Shown here: positions 20,362 to 29,277 of the stretch, one piece after another | Layout of the letters: each line of letters opens with the position of its first letter | Position numbering within the stretch: position 1 is the stretch's first letter | Made by a program: the position numbers and the translations under genes | Assembly (NCBI GenBank): GCA_902611715.1 | Contig: CACMAQ010000004.1 | Location: forward strand, 1 to 60,408 | Source of the DNA: an uncultured Pelagibacteraceae bacterium | GTDB lineage: Bacteria; Pseudomonadota; Alphaproteobacteria; Pelagibacterales; AG-422-B15 | Reading direction: 5' to 3' | Length of the DNA stretch: 60,408 nucleotides | The notes under the pieces: model-generated | What the model was told of the DNA's origin: nothing | The model's database searches: none | Seen by the model: only the letters and a program-made list of their open reading frames with translations

Positions 20362-21321
20362 TTATTCGGCTTTTTTAGCTTCAATTTTAGCTTTACGAGC
20401 AGCTACAATAGTTTCATAGAAACTATGGTCGACTGGCACCCAAGCTTTAACAACTCCATTTGCAACATTCTCGCTGCATTGTGGGTCATTTTCATGGATC
20501 CACTGCTTCATGCCTACCATGACCTGATGCGCTCTCACAGGCATATTAGTTGGCATTACAATCGGTCCATTTGGTATCAAAGCAGATGACCAAATCTGTT
20601 TGATGTCATCCATATTTAATAGTCCTTTATCAACCATTTTTCTCAGATTTCCAGAAGAGTAACCTTCGCTCCATTCACCAACTCCAGATACCCATGTCAC
20701 ACCTGCATCGATATCACCATTAAGAACTGCCAAAACGTTATTTTCATGACCACCTGAAAATTGTGTAGAGCCAAAGTATGAGTCTGGATCCATTCCTGCA
20801 GCTTTTAATTCGATTGATGGTATTAGATAACCAGATGTTGAATTAGGATCAGCCCATCCAAAAGATTTACCTTTTAAATCATCAAGTGAATTGATACCCG
20901 AGTCTGATCTTGTAACCATGACTGAATAATAGCCCATATCTCCTGTTGGCTGCATTCTGGTTAAAATTGGTACAGTAGCGGTAGGATCTTCTAGATATAT
21001 ACCCGCATATCCTGATGAGCCGAACCAAGCATAATCTAAGCTGCCACCAAGCATTGACTCCATTGTTCCTGCATAATCTTTAAAAGTATAAATTTTAGCT
21101 GGTACTCCATATGCAACTTCCGCATATTCCTTTAGACATGCATTATTCTTAATAATGTCTTGAGCTGATTCATCGCCTAAAAATCCAAGTCTCATTTCAG
21201 GTTGATATTTACTCAAGTCCATTGTTGGCCCTTTATAGCCAGATACATCCCATGCGTATGCATTTGCAGACACGAAAAGGAATGAACAAGCAATAATAGA
21301 CCTTACTAAATTTTTAATCAT
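20362..21321 (-). CDS. phnD: Phosphonate ABC substrate-binding protein
   Basis: Signal peptide; GYYS, DPNSTSGYLIP, SGGHE and IPNGP motifs. Confidence 0.93.
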   Translation of the reverse strand: MIKNLVRSIIACSFLFVSANAYAWDVSGYKGPTMDLSKYQPEMRLGFLGDESAQDIIKNNACLKEYAEVAYGVPAKIYTFKDYAGTMESMLGGSLDYAWFGSSGYAGIYLEDPTATVPILTRMQPTGDMGYYSVMVTRSDSGINSLDDLKGKSFGWADPNSTSGYLIPSIELKAAGMDPDSYFGSTQFSGGHENNVLAVLNGDIDAGVTWVSGVGEWSEGYSSGNLRKMVDKGLLNMDDIKQIWSSALIPNGPIVMPTNMPVRAHQVMVGMKQWIHENDPQCSENVANGVVKAWVPVDHSFYETIVAARKAKIEAKKAE

Positions 21322-21373
21322 TTTTAGTATATCTCCTTGTTAGTTGTTAAGTTTTTTTTTGAAAAGGCTAACA

Positions 21374-22177
21374 TTATCCTGCCTCTGCAAACTGTTCGTC
21401 ACCAAGTGAAGTTGAAGTAACTGTTGGTTCAAATGCTTCTTCAGCTTCAGCGCCATAAATTTCTCTAGCAACATCATCTTTTAAACTTGAAGGTACATCA
21501 TCAAAAACAATTTCCCCAAGTCTCATGCCAATGATTCTGTCACAATAATTTTTAGCGGTATCAAGAGTATGAAGATTTGCAAGAACAGTAATCTGCTTTT
21601 CTCTATGAATATTTCTAAGTGATTCCATTACAAGTCGGGCATTAAGAGGGTCTAGCGATGCAATAGGCTCGTCGGCTAAAATCATTTTTGGTTGCTGCAT
21701 CATAGCTCTACAAATTGCAACCCTTTGTTGCTGTCCACCAGATAAAGTCTCTGCTCTTTGCAGCGCGGTTTCAGCCATTCCCAATTTATCCAGAGCCATC
21801 AATGCATCAACGCGTTCATCTTTAGTGAAAAGTTTTAAGCTTGATCGTAAAGTACCTTGAATATTTGATCTTCCAAGAATTACATTTGTTAAAACATCTA
21901 AACGGGGCACAAGATTGAATTGCTGAAATATCATGGCACAATCTTTTTGCCATGCTCGTTTGTCTTTCTTTGTTAATGAAAGTATATTTCTGCCTTCAAT
22001 AAAAATAGATCCACTAGTTGCGTCGGTTAGACGATTCATTATTCTCAGTAATGTTGACTTTCCAGCACCAGATCTGCCAATGATACCAATCATTTCAGGT
22101 TTATTAATTTCAAATGTGACATCGTTTACTGCACGGTTGTCACCAAAATACTTATTTAATTTCTCTACTTTGATCAT
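21374..22177 (-). CDS. phnC: Phosphonate ABC ATPase
   Basis: [24 protein letters not shown] and DEPIASLDP motifs; start moved to ATG 22177. Confidence 0.95.
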   Translation of the reverse strand: MIKVEKLNKYFGDNRAVNDVTFEINKPEMIGIIGRSGAGKSTLLRIMNRLTDATSGSIFIEGRNILSLTKKDKRAWQKDCAMIFQQFNLVPRLDVLTNVILGRSNIQGTLRSSLKLFTKDERVDALMALDKLGMAETALQRAETLSGGQQQRVAICRAMMQQPKMILADEPIASLDPLNARLVMESLRNIHREKQITVLANLHTLDTAKNYCDRIIGMRLGEIVFDDVPSSLKDDVAREIYGAEAEEAFEPTVTSTSLGDEQFAEAG

Positions 22178-22216
22178 TAGTATGAATAAAAAGTAATACA
22201 AAAAAATTAAATCAAA

Positions 22217-22266
22217 GTTGCATTTTTATTACAGATATTTTGCAATTTATTACACTAATGTTACAG
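22217..22266 (-). promoter_or_regulatory. Pho box array upstream of phnC
   Basis: Minus strand ctgtaac-atta-gtgtaat-aaa-ttgcaaa-atat-ctgtaat-aaaa-atgcaac: five units at ~11-bp period. Confidence 0.8.
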
Positions 22267-22311
22267 CTCAAATTATTGACATTAAAGAAAATATAATTAA
22301 TCATTTAATTC

Positions 22312-22911
22312 ATGCAATTAGATAAAATCCAATCTCTAGAAAATAAATTAAATTCAGCTTCAATTATTGAGCGTACCAATGTTTTATGTGAAATTATTGA
22401 TCAAAGAGGTTCGTGCAGTTTTTATGACGAAGAGATTACTCAATTACAACATGCTCTTCAGTGCGCAACCTTAGCTAAAGAAAATAATGAAAGTGATAAA
22501 TTTATTACTGCTTCAATATTTCACGATTTAGGGCATATGTTGACTGGCGAAGATGTAAATAGCCATGATTTTTTAAACAATGACAAGTATCATGAAAACG
22601 TTGCTGCGTCTTTTTTATCCAAGTATTTCCCTGAAGAAGTTACTTACCCAATTAAAATGCACGTTATTGCAAAGAGATATCTATGTTCCGTTCAATCAGA
22701 TTATTATGACGGTCTTTCAGATGGCTCCAAAAGAAGTTTTAAACTTCAAGGCGGATATTTAAACAAAGATGCTATTCGAAAACTGGAAAGTCATAAATAT
22801 TTTGAAGATGCAGTAAGACTTCGAAAGTATGATGACAATGCAAAAATTAGGGGAAAGAAAACTGAAGCTATTTCATTCTTTCATCCTTTTATTAAAAAGT
22901 CCTATATTTGA
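22312..22911 (+). CDS. phnZ: HD-domain diiron oxygenase, PhnZ/TmpB family
   Basis: Y..E, QHALQ, HDLGH, HE, HVIAKRYL and DD.AK ligand motifs all present. Confidence 0.75.
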   Translation: MQLDKIQSLENKLNSASIIERTNVLCEIIDQRGSCSFYDEEITQLQHALQCATLAKENNESDKFITASIFHDLGHMLTGEDVNSHDFLNNDKYHENVAASFLSKYFPEEVTYPIKMHVIAKRYLCSVQSDYYDGLSDGSKRSFKLQGGYLNKDAIRKLESHKYFEDAVRLRKYDDNAKIRGKKTEAISFFHPFIKKSYI

Positions 22912-23423
22912 ACTTTACTAAAATAAAGCTTTCGAAAATTGTTAAAGCAAAAAAAAATCTTGGTAATTTGGTTATATCCAGTTGTCCAGGTATCAGTAAT
23001 TCTAGATTTGATAAATTTACTTATAAAAAAGATTTAACCATTATCATCGACTTAAATATATTACTCGTTGTTTCATTGATAGAACTTAATGAAATTAGAA
23101 ATTTTGAAATTAATCAGTTCCATAAAGATCTAGAGGAGAAGAATGTTAGGGCCTACAGCATGCCCATAAAAAACTATGGTATTCCAGCTCAGATTAAAAA
23201 AAATGAATATAGTCAAATTATCAGAGATTGTGTTACTCAGTTAGAACTCAATAAAAATGTTTACCTGCATTGTTATGCTGGATTAGGTAGATCTGGAATG
23301 TTTGCTTCACTTATTTTAAAGGCACTAGGACTAGATTCAAACCAATGCATAAATCATGTAAGGAATTGCCGGCCAGGTACAATTGAAACAGAGGAACAAG
23401 AAAAATTTGTAATCAACTTTTAA
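22908..23423 (+). CDS. Cys-dependent PTP/dual-specificity phosphatase (CDKN3-like)
   Basis: HCYAGLGRS CX5R motif, CPG and RPGTIET.EQ; overlaps phnZ stop. Confidence 0.85.
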   Translation: MNFTKIKLSKIVKAKKNLGNLVISSCPGISNSRFDKFTYKKDLTIIIDLNILLVVSLIELNEIRNFEINQFHKDLEEKNVRAYSMPIKNYGIPAQIKKNEYSQIIRDCVTQLELNKNVYLHCYAGLGRSGMFASLILKALGLDSNQCINHVRNCRPGTIETEEQEKFVINF

Positions 23424-24256
23424 GGCCCTTCACCACGTGAAAGCCTTTTGTTAATATCATAAATAACGGCCTCGATATCTGCAATAGTTTCTATTACGTA
23501 ATGCGCACCTGCTTTATAAAGCAGATCTTTTGCATATCCTTGTTTCATATCAATTTCTTCTTTACTCAGTTCATCAGCTTCTTCTAAGGAATTTATATTC
23601 ATATAATTCGAATATCGCGTTACACCAACACCCCAACAACCAGCATTAATTGCTTCTCCAATTCCTGAAACAGTATCATCAACTTTTATAACTGATTGAA
23701 TGGATTCTATATTCATTATATCTAAATTTTTATATAACATGTGGGGAAGGGGCCGAACGCCATTTTTAACATCATCACCTGCAACTGACGCATCAGGGAC
23801 ATATCCCTGTTTTGCTGATTCTTCCTCTAAAATATTAACCATTGACCGCACAAAACCAGTTGTGCAACCAACTTTTATACCGCTATTTTGAACCCGTTTA
23901 ATTACTTCTGCTGTTCCGGGTAATAATTTTGAGTATTGTTTTAAGCATTTAAGCTGCAGTGGAACAAAATCTGCGTACATATTTTCAACATCAGACATTT
24001 GTGGGTCTTTACCATGTACTATGTTCCAGCGCTTTCTTATTTCAGCGTTCTCTGTGAGTGCTTTTATATGTAAATCTTTTCGTAAACCCATGGGTTCTCT
24101 TGCCTCTTCCATGGAGATTACAACCTTTTGTTTCTTAAAAACCTCAACAAACACTATAGTTGGAGCAATCACGTATGCGTCAGCAGTAGTTCCACTCCAG
24201 TCTAATACCAAACCTTTTATCTCTCCTTTATATCTATTTTCTGACAAATATTTCAA
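23420..24256 (-). CDS. phnX: Phosphonoacetaldehyde hydrolase (phosphonatase)
   Basis: HAD DWSGT, PMGLRK (Schiff-base Lys), KVDDT and GAHYVI motifs. Confidence 0.9.
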   Translation of the reverse strand: MKYLSENRYKGEIKGLVLDWSGTTADAYVIAPTIVFVEVFKKQKVVISMEEAREPMGLRKDLHIKALTENAEIRKRWNIVHGKDPQMSDVENMYADFVPLQLKCLKQYSKLLPGTAEVIKRVQNSGIKVGCTTGFVRSMVNILEEESAKQGYVPDASVAGDDVKNGVRPLPHMLYKNLDIMNIESIQSVIKVDDTVSGIGEAINAGCWGVGVTRYSNYMNINSLEEADELSKEEIDMKQGYAKDLLYKAGAHYVIETIADIEAVIYDINKRLSRGEGP

Positions 24257-24292
24257 AACTATTTAACCTTTTCTTGCTTTATTTAGACACTA

Positions 24293-24919
24293 TTATGGCG
24301 TTAGCCATTCCTTGTTTAAACTGCCATTTGTGGATGTAAACAATGCTCGGCGATGACCTTGACGATGCAAATAAAGCCACTCAATCGAGTGAATTTGAAT
24401 TTCCACTAAAGTAAAGTTGTTGTAACCGTTTTGTAAAAGATCATCGTCCGGCAGTTCGTTTTCATGCTCTGGTAAGTACCCTGAAGTTGGTTCTTCTGAG
24501 GGGGTTCCAGGTGCCTTTTCAACAACATAACATTTCTTGCTAAATGACCTTGAGTTATCCCAGGCCATTTTTGCTTTATCGTTTTTATGATTAATTTCAG
24601 CTTTTCCCGACACTTTAATTTGTATCTTTTTGCCATGATCGTAAAACAGCATGGTTACAGAGTTATTTTTTTTTATTTCATCAATTTTACTGGATCGGAT
24701 ATCCGTATGAAAGCTTATGGTATTTTTTTTCTTATCAATATGCCTGAGGACAACTGTTCTAACAGATGGAAATGAGTCATTGAATGTTGAAATATACCCT
24801 TGATGTAATTCAGATTTTGATTTTGATTTACCAATTATGAGTTGATCCCAAATATTTTCATAAGTCTTATCAAGATCATTATAGAAATCAGGTTTATCGT
24901 GTGTATGATCTTTTACCAT
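24293..24919 (-). CDS. Pyridoxamine 5'-phosphate oxidase-related FMN-binding protein
   Basis: RTVVLR, FHTDIRSSK and EWLYL..GHRRA motifs. Confidence 0.85.
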   Translation of the reverse strand: MVKDHTHDKPDFYNDLDKTYENIWDQLIIGKSKSKSELHQGYISTFNDSFPSVRTVVLRHIDKKKNTISFHTDIRSSKIDEIKKNNSVTMLFYDHGKKIQIKVSGKAEINHKNDKAKMAWDNSRSFSKKCYVVEKAPGTPSEEPTSGYLPEHENELPDDDLLQNGYNNFTLVEIQIHSIEWLYLHRQGHRRALFTSTNGSLNKEWLTP

Positions 24920-25590
24920 TCTAGCTTTTTTCCTTCATAATTTAAAAATGAGCCAGAGTTATCAAGATTTAGTTCATTTATAACATTGATCATTCGGGTA
25001 ATGCTCTCAGGTATCTCTAATTTCGCACTTGTGCCACCCATATCGGTTTTTACCCATCCTGGGTGCAAAATAAGGACAGATATACCATCTTCTTTCCAAT
25101 CTATTGATAAGCTTCTTGCTGCAGAATTGAGAGCTGATTTTGACGAGCGATAAAAATAAAATCTACCAGAGTAATTGTCATCAATACTTCCCATTTGACT
25201 GGATATAAAAACGACTTTCTTATCAGATCCCATTTTTAAGTTATTTTTTAATTTTCGTGCAAGAATTATGGGTATCACAGCATTAATTCTCATTTCATTC
25301 ATCCAGGCATCTGTATCAAGATCTTCTTTTAATTGCTCATCACTAAAAATACCTGCGTTGTGAATGAGTATATCAATTTTTTGAGACCCGATAGTTGTTA
25401 CAAAATTATTCACGCTTGCATCAGAAGTTAAGTCAAGTTCAGCGATATCGATATTGTTAATTTCATTCAATTCTTTTGAGTTTTCTTTATTTCGAGTGGT
25501 TGCAATGATATTATGGTTTGTATTGCTGTATTGCTTTACAAACTCAAGCCCAAGACCTCGATTGGCTCCTATGATTAATATATTGCTCAT
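24913..25590 (-). CDS. Short-chain dehydrogenase, CsgA/C-factor-like
   Basis: GANRGLG, NAG, YRSSK and HPGWVKTDMGG motifs. Confidence 0.9.
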   Translation of the reverse strand: MSNILIIGANRGLGLEFVKQYSNTNHNIIATTRNKENSKELNEINNIDIAELDLTSDASVNNFVTTIGSQKIDILIHNAGIFSDEQLKEDLDTDAWMNEMRINAVIPIILARKLKNNLKMGSDKKVVFISSQMGSIDDNYSGRFYFYRSSKSALNSAARSLSIDWKEDGISVLILHPGWVKTDMGGTSAKLEIPESITRMINVINELNLDNSGSFLNYEGKKLEW

Positions 25591-25616
25591 TTTATATATA
25601 AACTTATAGTACGTTC

Positions 25617-25979
25617 ATGAGCATTTTAGCAAATCCTCTTCGACTAATCTTCTTTTTTTATTTATTTTATCTTTATTACTCATATGTGCGACCTGTGCCT
25701 GTTGACTCTACAGTAAGAGAAGTAGCAAATTTAATTACTGATTATGGAATACACTTTATCTCATTTTTCATACTTGGCGCCTTGGCACAATTGGCTAACA
25801 ATAAAAACAATGACTTTGTATTTGGTATCAGCTTAGCCCTGATCACAAGTGTTTTTATTGAGTTTATACATTTTTTTATACCGTTTCGTGATTTTGTAAT
25901 AATGGAAGGTTTTGCAAGTATAGTTGGTTGTGTATCAGCTATTTATCTAATAAGTTATTTAAGAAAAAAAAATGAGTAA
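25617..25979 (+). CDS. VanZ-like membrane protein
   Basis: 4 TM; IHF and IEFIHFFIPFR motifs. Confidence 0.6.
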   Translation: MSILANPLRLIFFFYLFYLYYSYVRPVPVDSTVREVANLITDYGIHFISFFILGALAQLANNKNNDFVFGISLALITSVFIEFIHFFIPFRDFVIMEGFASIVGCVSAIYLISYLRKKNE

Positions 25980-26340
25980 ACTTTTAATTAGAAATATATG
26001 TCAACCACCGGATAGCAATCCCTACGGCACGGCACATGGAGCCTGGATCGTGAAGCAAATGGCCCATGGAGGTATTTATATGACTCAGCTTGTTTCAAAA
26101 GGAAATGCCGTATTAGTTGAGTCTAAAGTTAAATATAAAAATCCAATGCATGTTGGTAAATTCATCAATGTTTACGGATCAATTGTATCTGTAAAGCAGT
26201 CCAAAATGATATTCAAAATTACCGCAATGCGTTCTGAAATGAACCAAAAGGAAGTTGAAGTGGCGGTAGGGGAGTTTTCCTACGTTGCTATCAATGACAA
26301 AAATAAAACAAGAAAATTTAAACCAAATTTAAAGATTTAA
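25972..26340 (+). CDS. Hotdog-fold acyl-CoA thioesterase (YciA-like)
   Basis: DSNPYGTAHGAWI and YVAIND motifs. Confidence 0.75.
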   Translation: MSKLLIRNICQPPDSNPYGTAHGAWIVKQMAHGGIYMTQLVSKGNAVLVESKVKYKNPMHVGKFINVYGSIVSVKQSKMIFKITAMRSEMNQKEVEVAVGEFSYVAINDKNKTRKFKPNLKI

Positions 26341-26368
26341 AAAAAAGCCCCCAAATTAATGGGGGCTT
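26339..26368 (-). terminator. Rho-independent terminator oriented for the minus strand
   Basis: aagccccca-aattaa-tgggggctt preceded on + by an A8 run, i.e. a U-tract on the minus strand. Confidence 0.85.
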
Positions 26369-26375
26369 AATGTAG

Positions 26376-26474
26376 TTAAAACGGAGCTCCACTCAAAAAG
26401 TGGAGGTTTCCACATCTACAATCACATGGAATTTCACTACTCGAGCAAAGCTCCTCTATACTACCTATAGACAT
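26376..26474 (-). CDS. Unannotated 32-aa Cys-rich peptide MSIGSIEELCSSSEIPCDCRCGNLHFLSGAPF (or structured sRNA)
   Basis: GAAAGGAGGTG SD 4 nt before ATG, open frame to TAA, terminator 8 nt downstream. Confidence 0.7.
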   Translation of the reverse strand: MSIGSIEELCSSSEIPCDCRCGNLHFLSGAPF

Positions 26475-26559
26475 AGACCACCTCCTTTCATTAAATATGG
26501 TTAAAACTGTATTAGTATATATAATTTACTGGATTCTTATTTCAATCAAGGAGTTTATT

Positions 26560-26997
26560 ATGCAACCCGAATTAATTTTTGAGCCAGTCATCAATATGTT
26601 ATGGCTTTCTCTGGCTGTTTTTGCCTTTGGGACAGTACTTAGACTAAAGGCCATTGTCATCGATAAGAAGAATACAGAAGATGATTTTAAAATACCCACA
26701 TTTGAAAATGGCAGTGAATTAATTCAAAATAGTCAGCGAAATTTGACGAATTTGTTCGAATTTCCAATCTTCTTTTACGCAGTTTGCATTATGATTTATG
26801 CAACGGGAACAGTAGATGAGTATTTTGTGCAACTAGCAACTTGGTTCTTTTGGTTAAGGGTACTTCACTCAATCGTTCACATATTTTACAATAAAATTAT
26901 ACCTGGTGTTGCCTTACCAGTTAGAACGCTATTTTGGTTACCGTCTACGATTATCCTTGCGTGGATGGCTTATCGAGCCTGCTCTTTAATGATCTGA
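26560..26997 (+). CDS. MAPEG family membrane protein
   Basis: NLFEFPIFFY and RVLHSIVH motifs; start moved to ATG 26560 after AAGGAG. Confidence 0.85.
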   Translation: MQPELIFEPVINMLWLSLAVFAFGTVLRLKAIVIDKKNTEDDFKIPTFENGSELIQNSQRNLTNLFEFPIFFYAVCIMIYATGTVDEYFVQLATWFFWLRVLHSIVHIFYNKIIPGVALPVRTLFWLPSTIILAWMAYRACSLMI

Positions 26998-27419
26998 TGT
27001 TAACTAATATTTTAGTCCCAGCGCTTGGGCTTATTTTATTAACTTTTGTTATTGGATTAATTCATACAATCGCATCAGTTAATCTAATGGGTAAAGGCAA
27101 GGACTGGGAGGAAAGTGGAATTCCTATTGAGCCATATAAAGATGCACCACTATATTTAAAAATTATAAAAAATAATATTTCAAATATATTTGAGTTTTCA
27201 GTTATTTTTTATTTTCTAATAGGCGTTATCGTTTTTATTGAAATCGAAAGTACTTTTTTGCTAATTTGCGCATGGCTATATTTATTATTTAGAGTGATCC
27301 ATTCCACTATACACATCTGTTTCAATAACACTGCGGCAAGAGGCGCCATATGGATTTTTTCACAAACTGCTTTGTTGTTATTGTTTTTTGGAACAGCGTA
27401 TTATGTTTTAAGTAGCTGA
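26997..27419 (+). CDS. MAPEG family membrane protein (paralogue)
   Basis: NIFEFSVIFY and RVIHSTIH motifs; TGATG coupling. Confidence 0.85.
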   Translation: MLTNILVPALGLILLTFVIGLIHTIASVNLMGKGKDWEESGIPIEPYKDAPLYLKIIKNNISNIFEFSVIFYFLIGVIVFIEIESTFLLICAWLYLLFRVIHSTIHICFNNTAARGAIWIFSQTALLLLFFGTAYYVLSS

Positions 27420-27749
27420 TACCCCGGCATCAGACAATCTTTTCTTAAGTTTGCCTGTAAGCATTAAATAAGCCATATGATGATCACCAATGAGAGACCA
27501 TAAAGGATATTTAAACGTAGCGGGTTTATTTTTTTCTATAAAGAAATGTCCAATCCATGCAGGACCATAACCTGCAAGTAAAATTAAAGGCAGGAATAAG
27601 TAATTTTGAGTTAGCAGCAGGGACCATAATAGAACTTGATAGCCAATCGTTCCAAAATAATGCAGCAACCTTGTGCTTTTTTTGCTGTGTTCCCTTAAAT
27701 AGAATGGAAAAAAATCTTTGTAATTTGTATATCTAGCTGGATTTTCCAT
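27408..27749 (-). CDS. DUF962/Mpo1-like protein
   Basis: FYLREH, LHYFG and AWIGHFFIEKNKPATFKYP motifs. Confidence 0.9.
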   Translation of the reverse strand: MENPARYTNYKDFFPFYLREHSKKSTRLLHYFGTIGYQVLLWSLLLTQNYLFLPLILLAGYGPAWIGHFFIEKNKPATFKYPLWSLIGDHHMAYLMLTGKLKKRLSDAGVSAT

Positions 27750-27772
27750 AGAATAAACATTATATTTCGATC

Positions 27773-27853
27773 ATGAATCTAGACAACAAAATAATGTACA
27801 TAATGGTTGCTGCTTTTGTGGTCTTTATACTGATATCAAGCTTCAGCGCATAA
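27773..27853 (+). CDS. Unannotated 26-aa single-TM peptide MNLDNKIMYIMVAAFVVFILISSFSA
   Basis: Fills the spacer, one hydrophobic helix, stop 4 nt before the next ATG. Confidence 0.55.
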   Translation: MNLDNKIMYIMVAAFVVFILISSFSA

Positions 27854-27857
27854 TTTC

Positions 27858-28568
27858 ATGACAAATTTTGGCTATATTCCTGTATATGCGCTTAGATTCA
27901 TGGTTGCATATTTTATTGTAACGAATGCCGCGGCAATGATTTTATTTCCAGGTGGAACTTTATTTAATCCAGATTTAAATTCTTACTCTTTTACTGGAAA
28001 TTTTTTCAGTGACCTGGGAATCACATTTACTCGCGACGGCACCCAGAACTTTCTCTCAAGTTTTTTATTTAACAGTTCTTTATTGATAATGGGATTATGC
28101 GCTGTCTCTCACTTATTTGTACCAAATTTATTTAGAGAGAATAAGAAAACTTATGTGATTTCAGTCATTGCCTCGATTTTATTAGTTATCTCCGGCATAT
28201 CTTTTATTGGCGTTGGTTTAACACCAGCTGATATTTATTTTGAAGAGCATGTTTGGTTTGTTATTTTAGCTTTTAACGCTCAAACTGTTGGTATTTTTTT
28301 TATGACAATCGCATTTTTACTAAGCAAAATAAGTAATAGATATACTATTGTTGCTTTTATCTATTTTATAAATGTTGCTCTTTATACAATATTTGAAACA
28401 AGTGAACCTCCACCTGACTTCAATCCATTTGAATTGGAAAATGTTGGAGAGTTCATAGATTATAACCGTTTCACAATATCAGTTATTTGGCAAAAAATAA
28501 TTACAGTTATTTCTATGATAAGTATTCTGATCTTTACATTTGGATACAAGAAACTTTTAAATGACTAG
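27858..28568 (+). CDS. DUF998/Frag1-like polytopic membrane protein, copy 1
   Basis: FPGG, YSF..NFFSDLG, TPADIY...H and QK motifs. Confidence 0.7.
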   Translation: MTNFGYIPVYALRFMVAYFIVTNAAAMILFPGGTLFNPDLNSYSFTGNFFSDLGITFTRDGTQNFLSSFLFNSSLLIMGLCAVSHLFVPNLFRENKKTYVISVIASILLVISGISFIGVGLTPADIYFEEHVWFVILAFNAQTVGIFFMTIAFLLSKISNRYTIVAFIYFINVALYTIFETSEPPPDFNPFELENVGEFIDYNRFTISVIWQKIITVISMISILIFTFGYKKLLND

Positions 28569-29277
28569 GTTCTGGTGTGTGCATATCCTACGAATTGCAT
28601 CTGCATATTATATTTTTGCGGTAATCATTGCTATGCTTCTCTATCCTGGCGGTAATCATATAGAGCTAGATCAAGTAGGTTATTCATTACATAAGAATTT
28701 TCTAAGTGAGCTAGGTTTTCATAAAACAATGTCTGGAGATTTAAATTTTTTTTCATCCTTTTTTTGGAATACTGCAATGTACATGCTCTTATTACAAGGT
28801 ATAGCTTTTTTGTTTATTCCGAGTTTATTTAGAGTAAATCGTTACTCGTTTATATTTGCTTGTTTAGGAACATTATTTATGTTTCCGGCTTGTGTTTTTT
28901 TTGTAGGTGTTGCCTTAACACCAGGTGATATTTACTTTGATGCACATCTATTTACTACAACTATGGCATTTAATTTATACTCTGTAGCAATTCTTTTTTA
29001 TGTTCTTGCTTTTTTATTTAGTCCATTATCAAACTATTATGCGTCAGGAGGTATACTACTTTTTATAGCAGTAGGAGTTTATGCTTATTATCTTGGTGAT
29101 TTTCAGCCGATTGATGCGATAAATGATCGTGTTCGTTTCTTAGAAACGTACACAATGGACTTCTTAATATTTAATGTAGTGCTGCAGAAGGTGATGATTA
29201 TTCTAATGATTACAACAATTATCATGTTTACGTTTGGCCTCGATAAGTTAATAGGAAAAAAAAATGCAAATAACTAA
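28561..29277 (+). CDS. DUF998/Frag1-like polytopic membrane protein, copy 2
   Basis: YPGG, YSL..NFLSELG, TPGDIY...H and QK motifs. Confidence 0.7.
   Translation: MTRFWCVHILRIASAYYIFAVIIAMLLYPGGNHIELDQVGYSLHKNFLSELGFHKTMSGDLNFFSSFFWNTAMYMLLLQGIAFLFIPSLFRVNRYSFIFACLGTLFMFPACVFFVGVALTPGDIYFDAHLFTTTMAFNLYSVAILFYVLAFLFSPLSNYYASGGILLFIAVGVYAYYLGDFQPIDAINDRVRFLETYTMDFLIFNVVLQKVMIILMITTIIMFTFGLDKLIGKKNANN

Noticed and set aside
26474-26489. Possible 16S rRNA 3'-end fragment
   Set aside because: Similarity is limited to ~16 nt with no flanking rRNA sequence; better explained as a minus-strand Shine-Dalgarno
26497-26996. Longer starts in the ORF track for the MAPEG genes (also pstS, phoB, phnJ, phnE, phnC, colD and the HTH gene)
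   Set aside because: Downstream ATGs have an RBS, stop-start coupling or less overlap, and better match family N-termini
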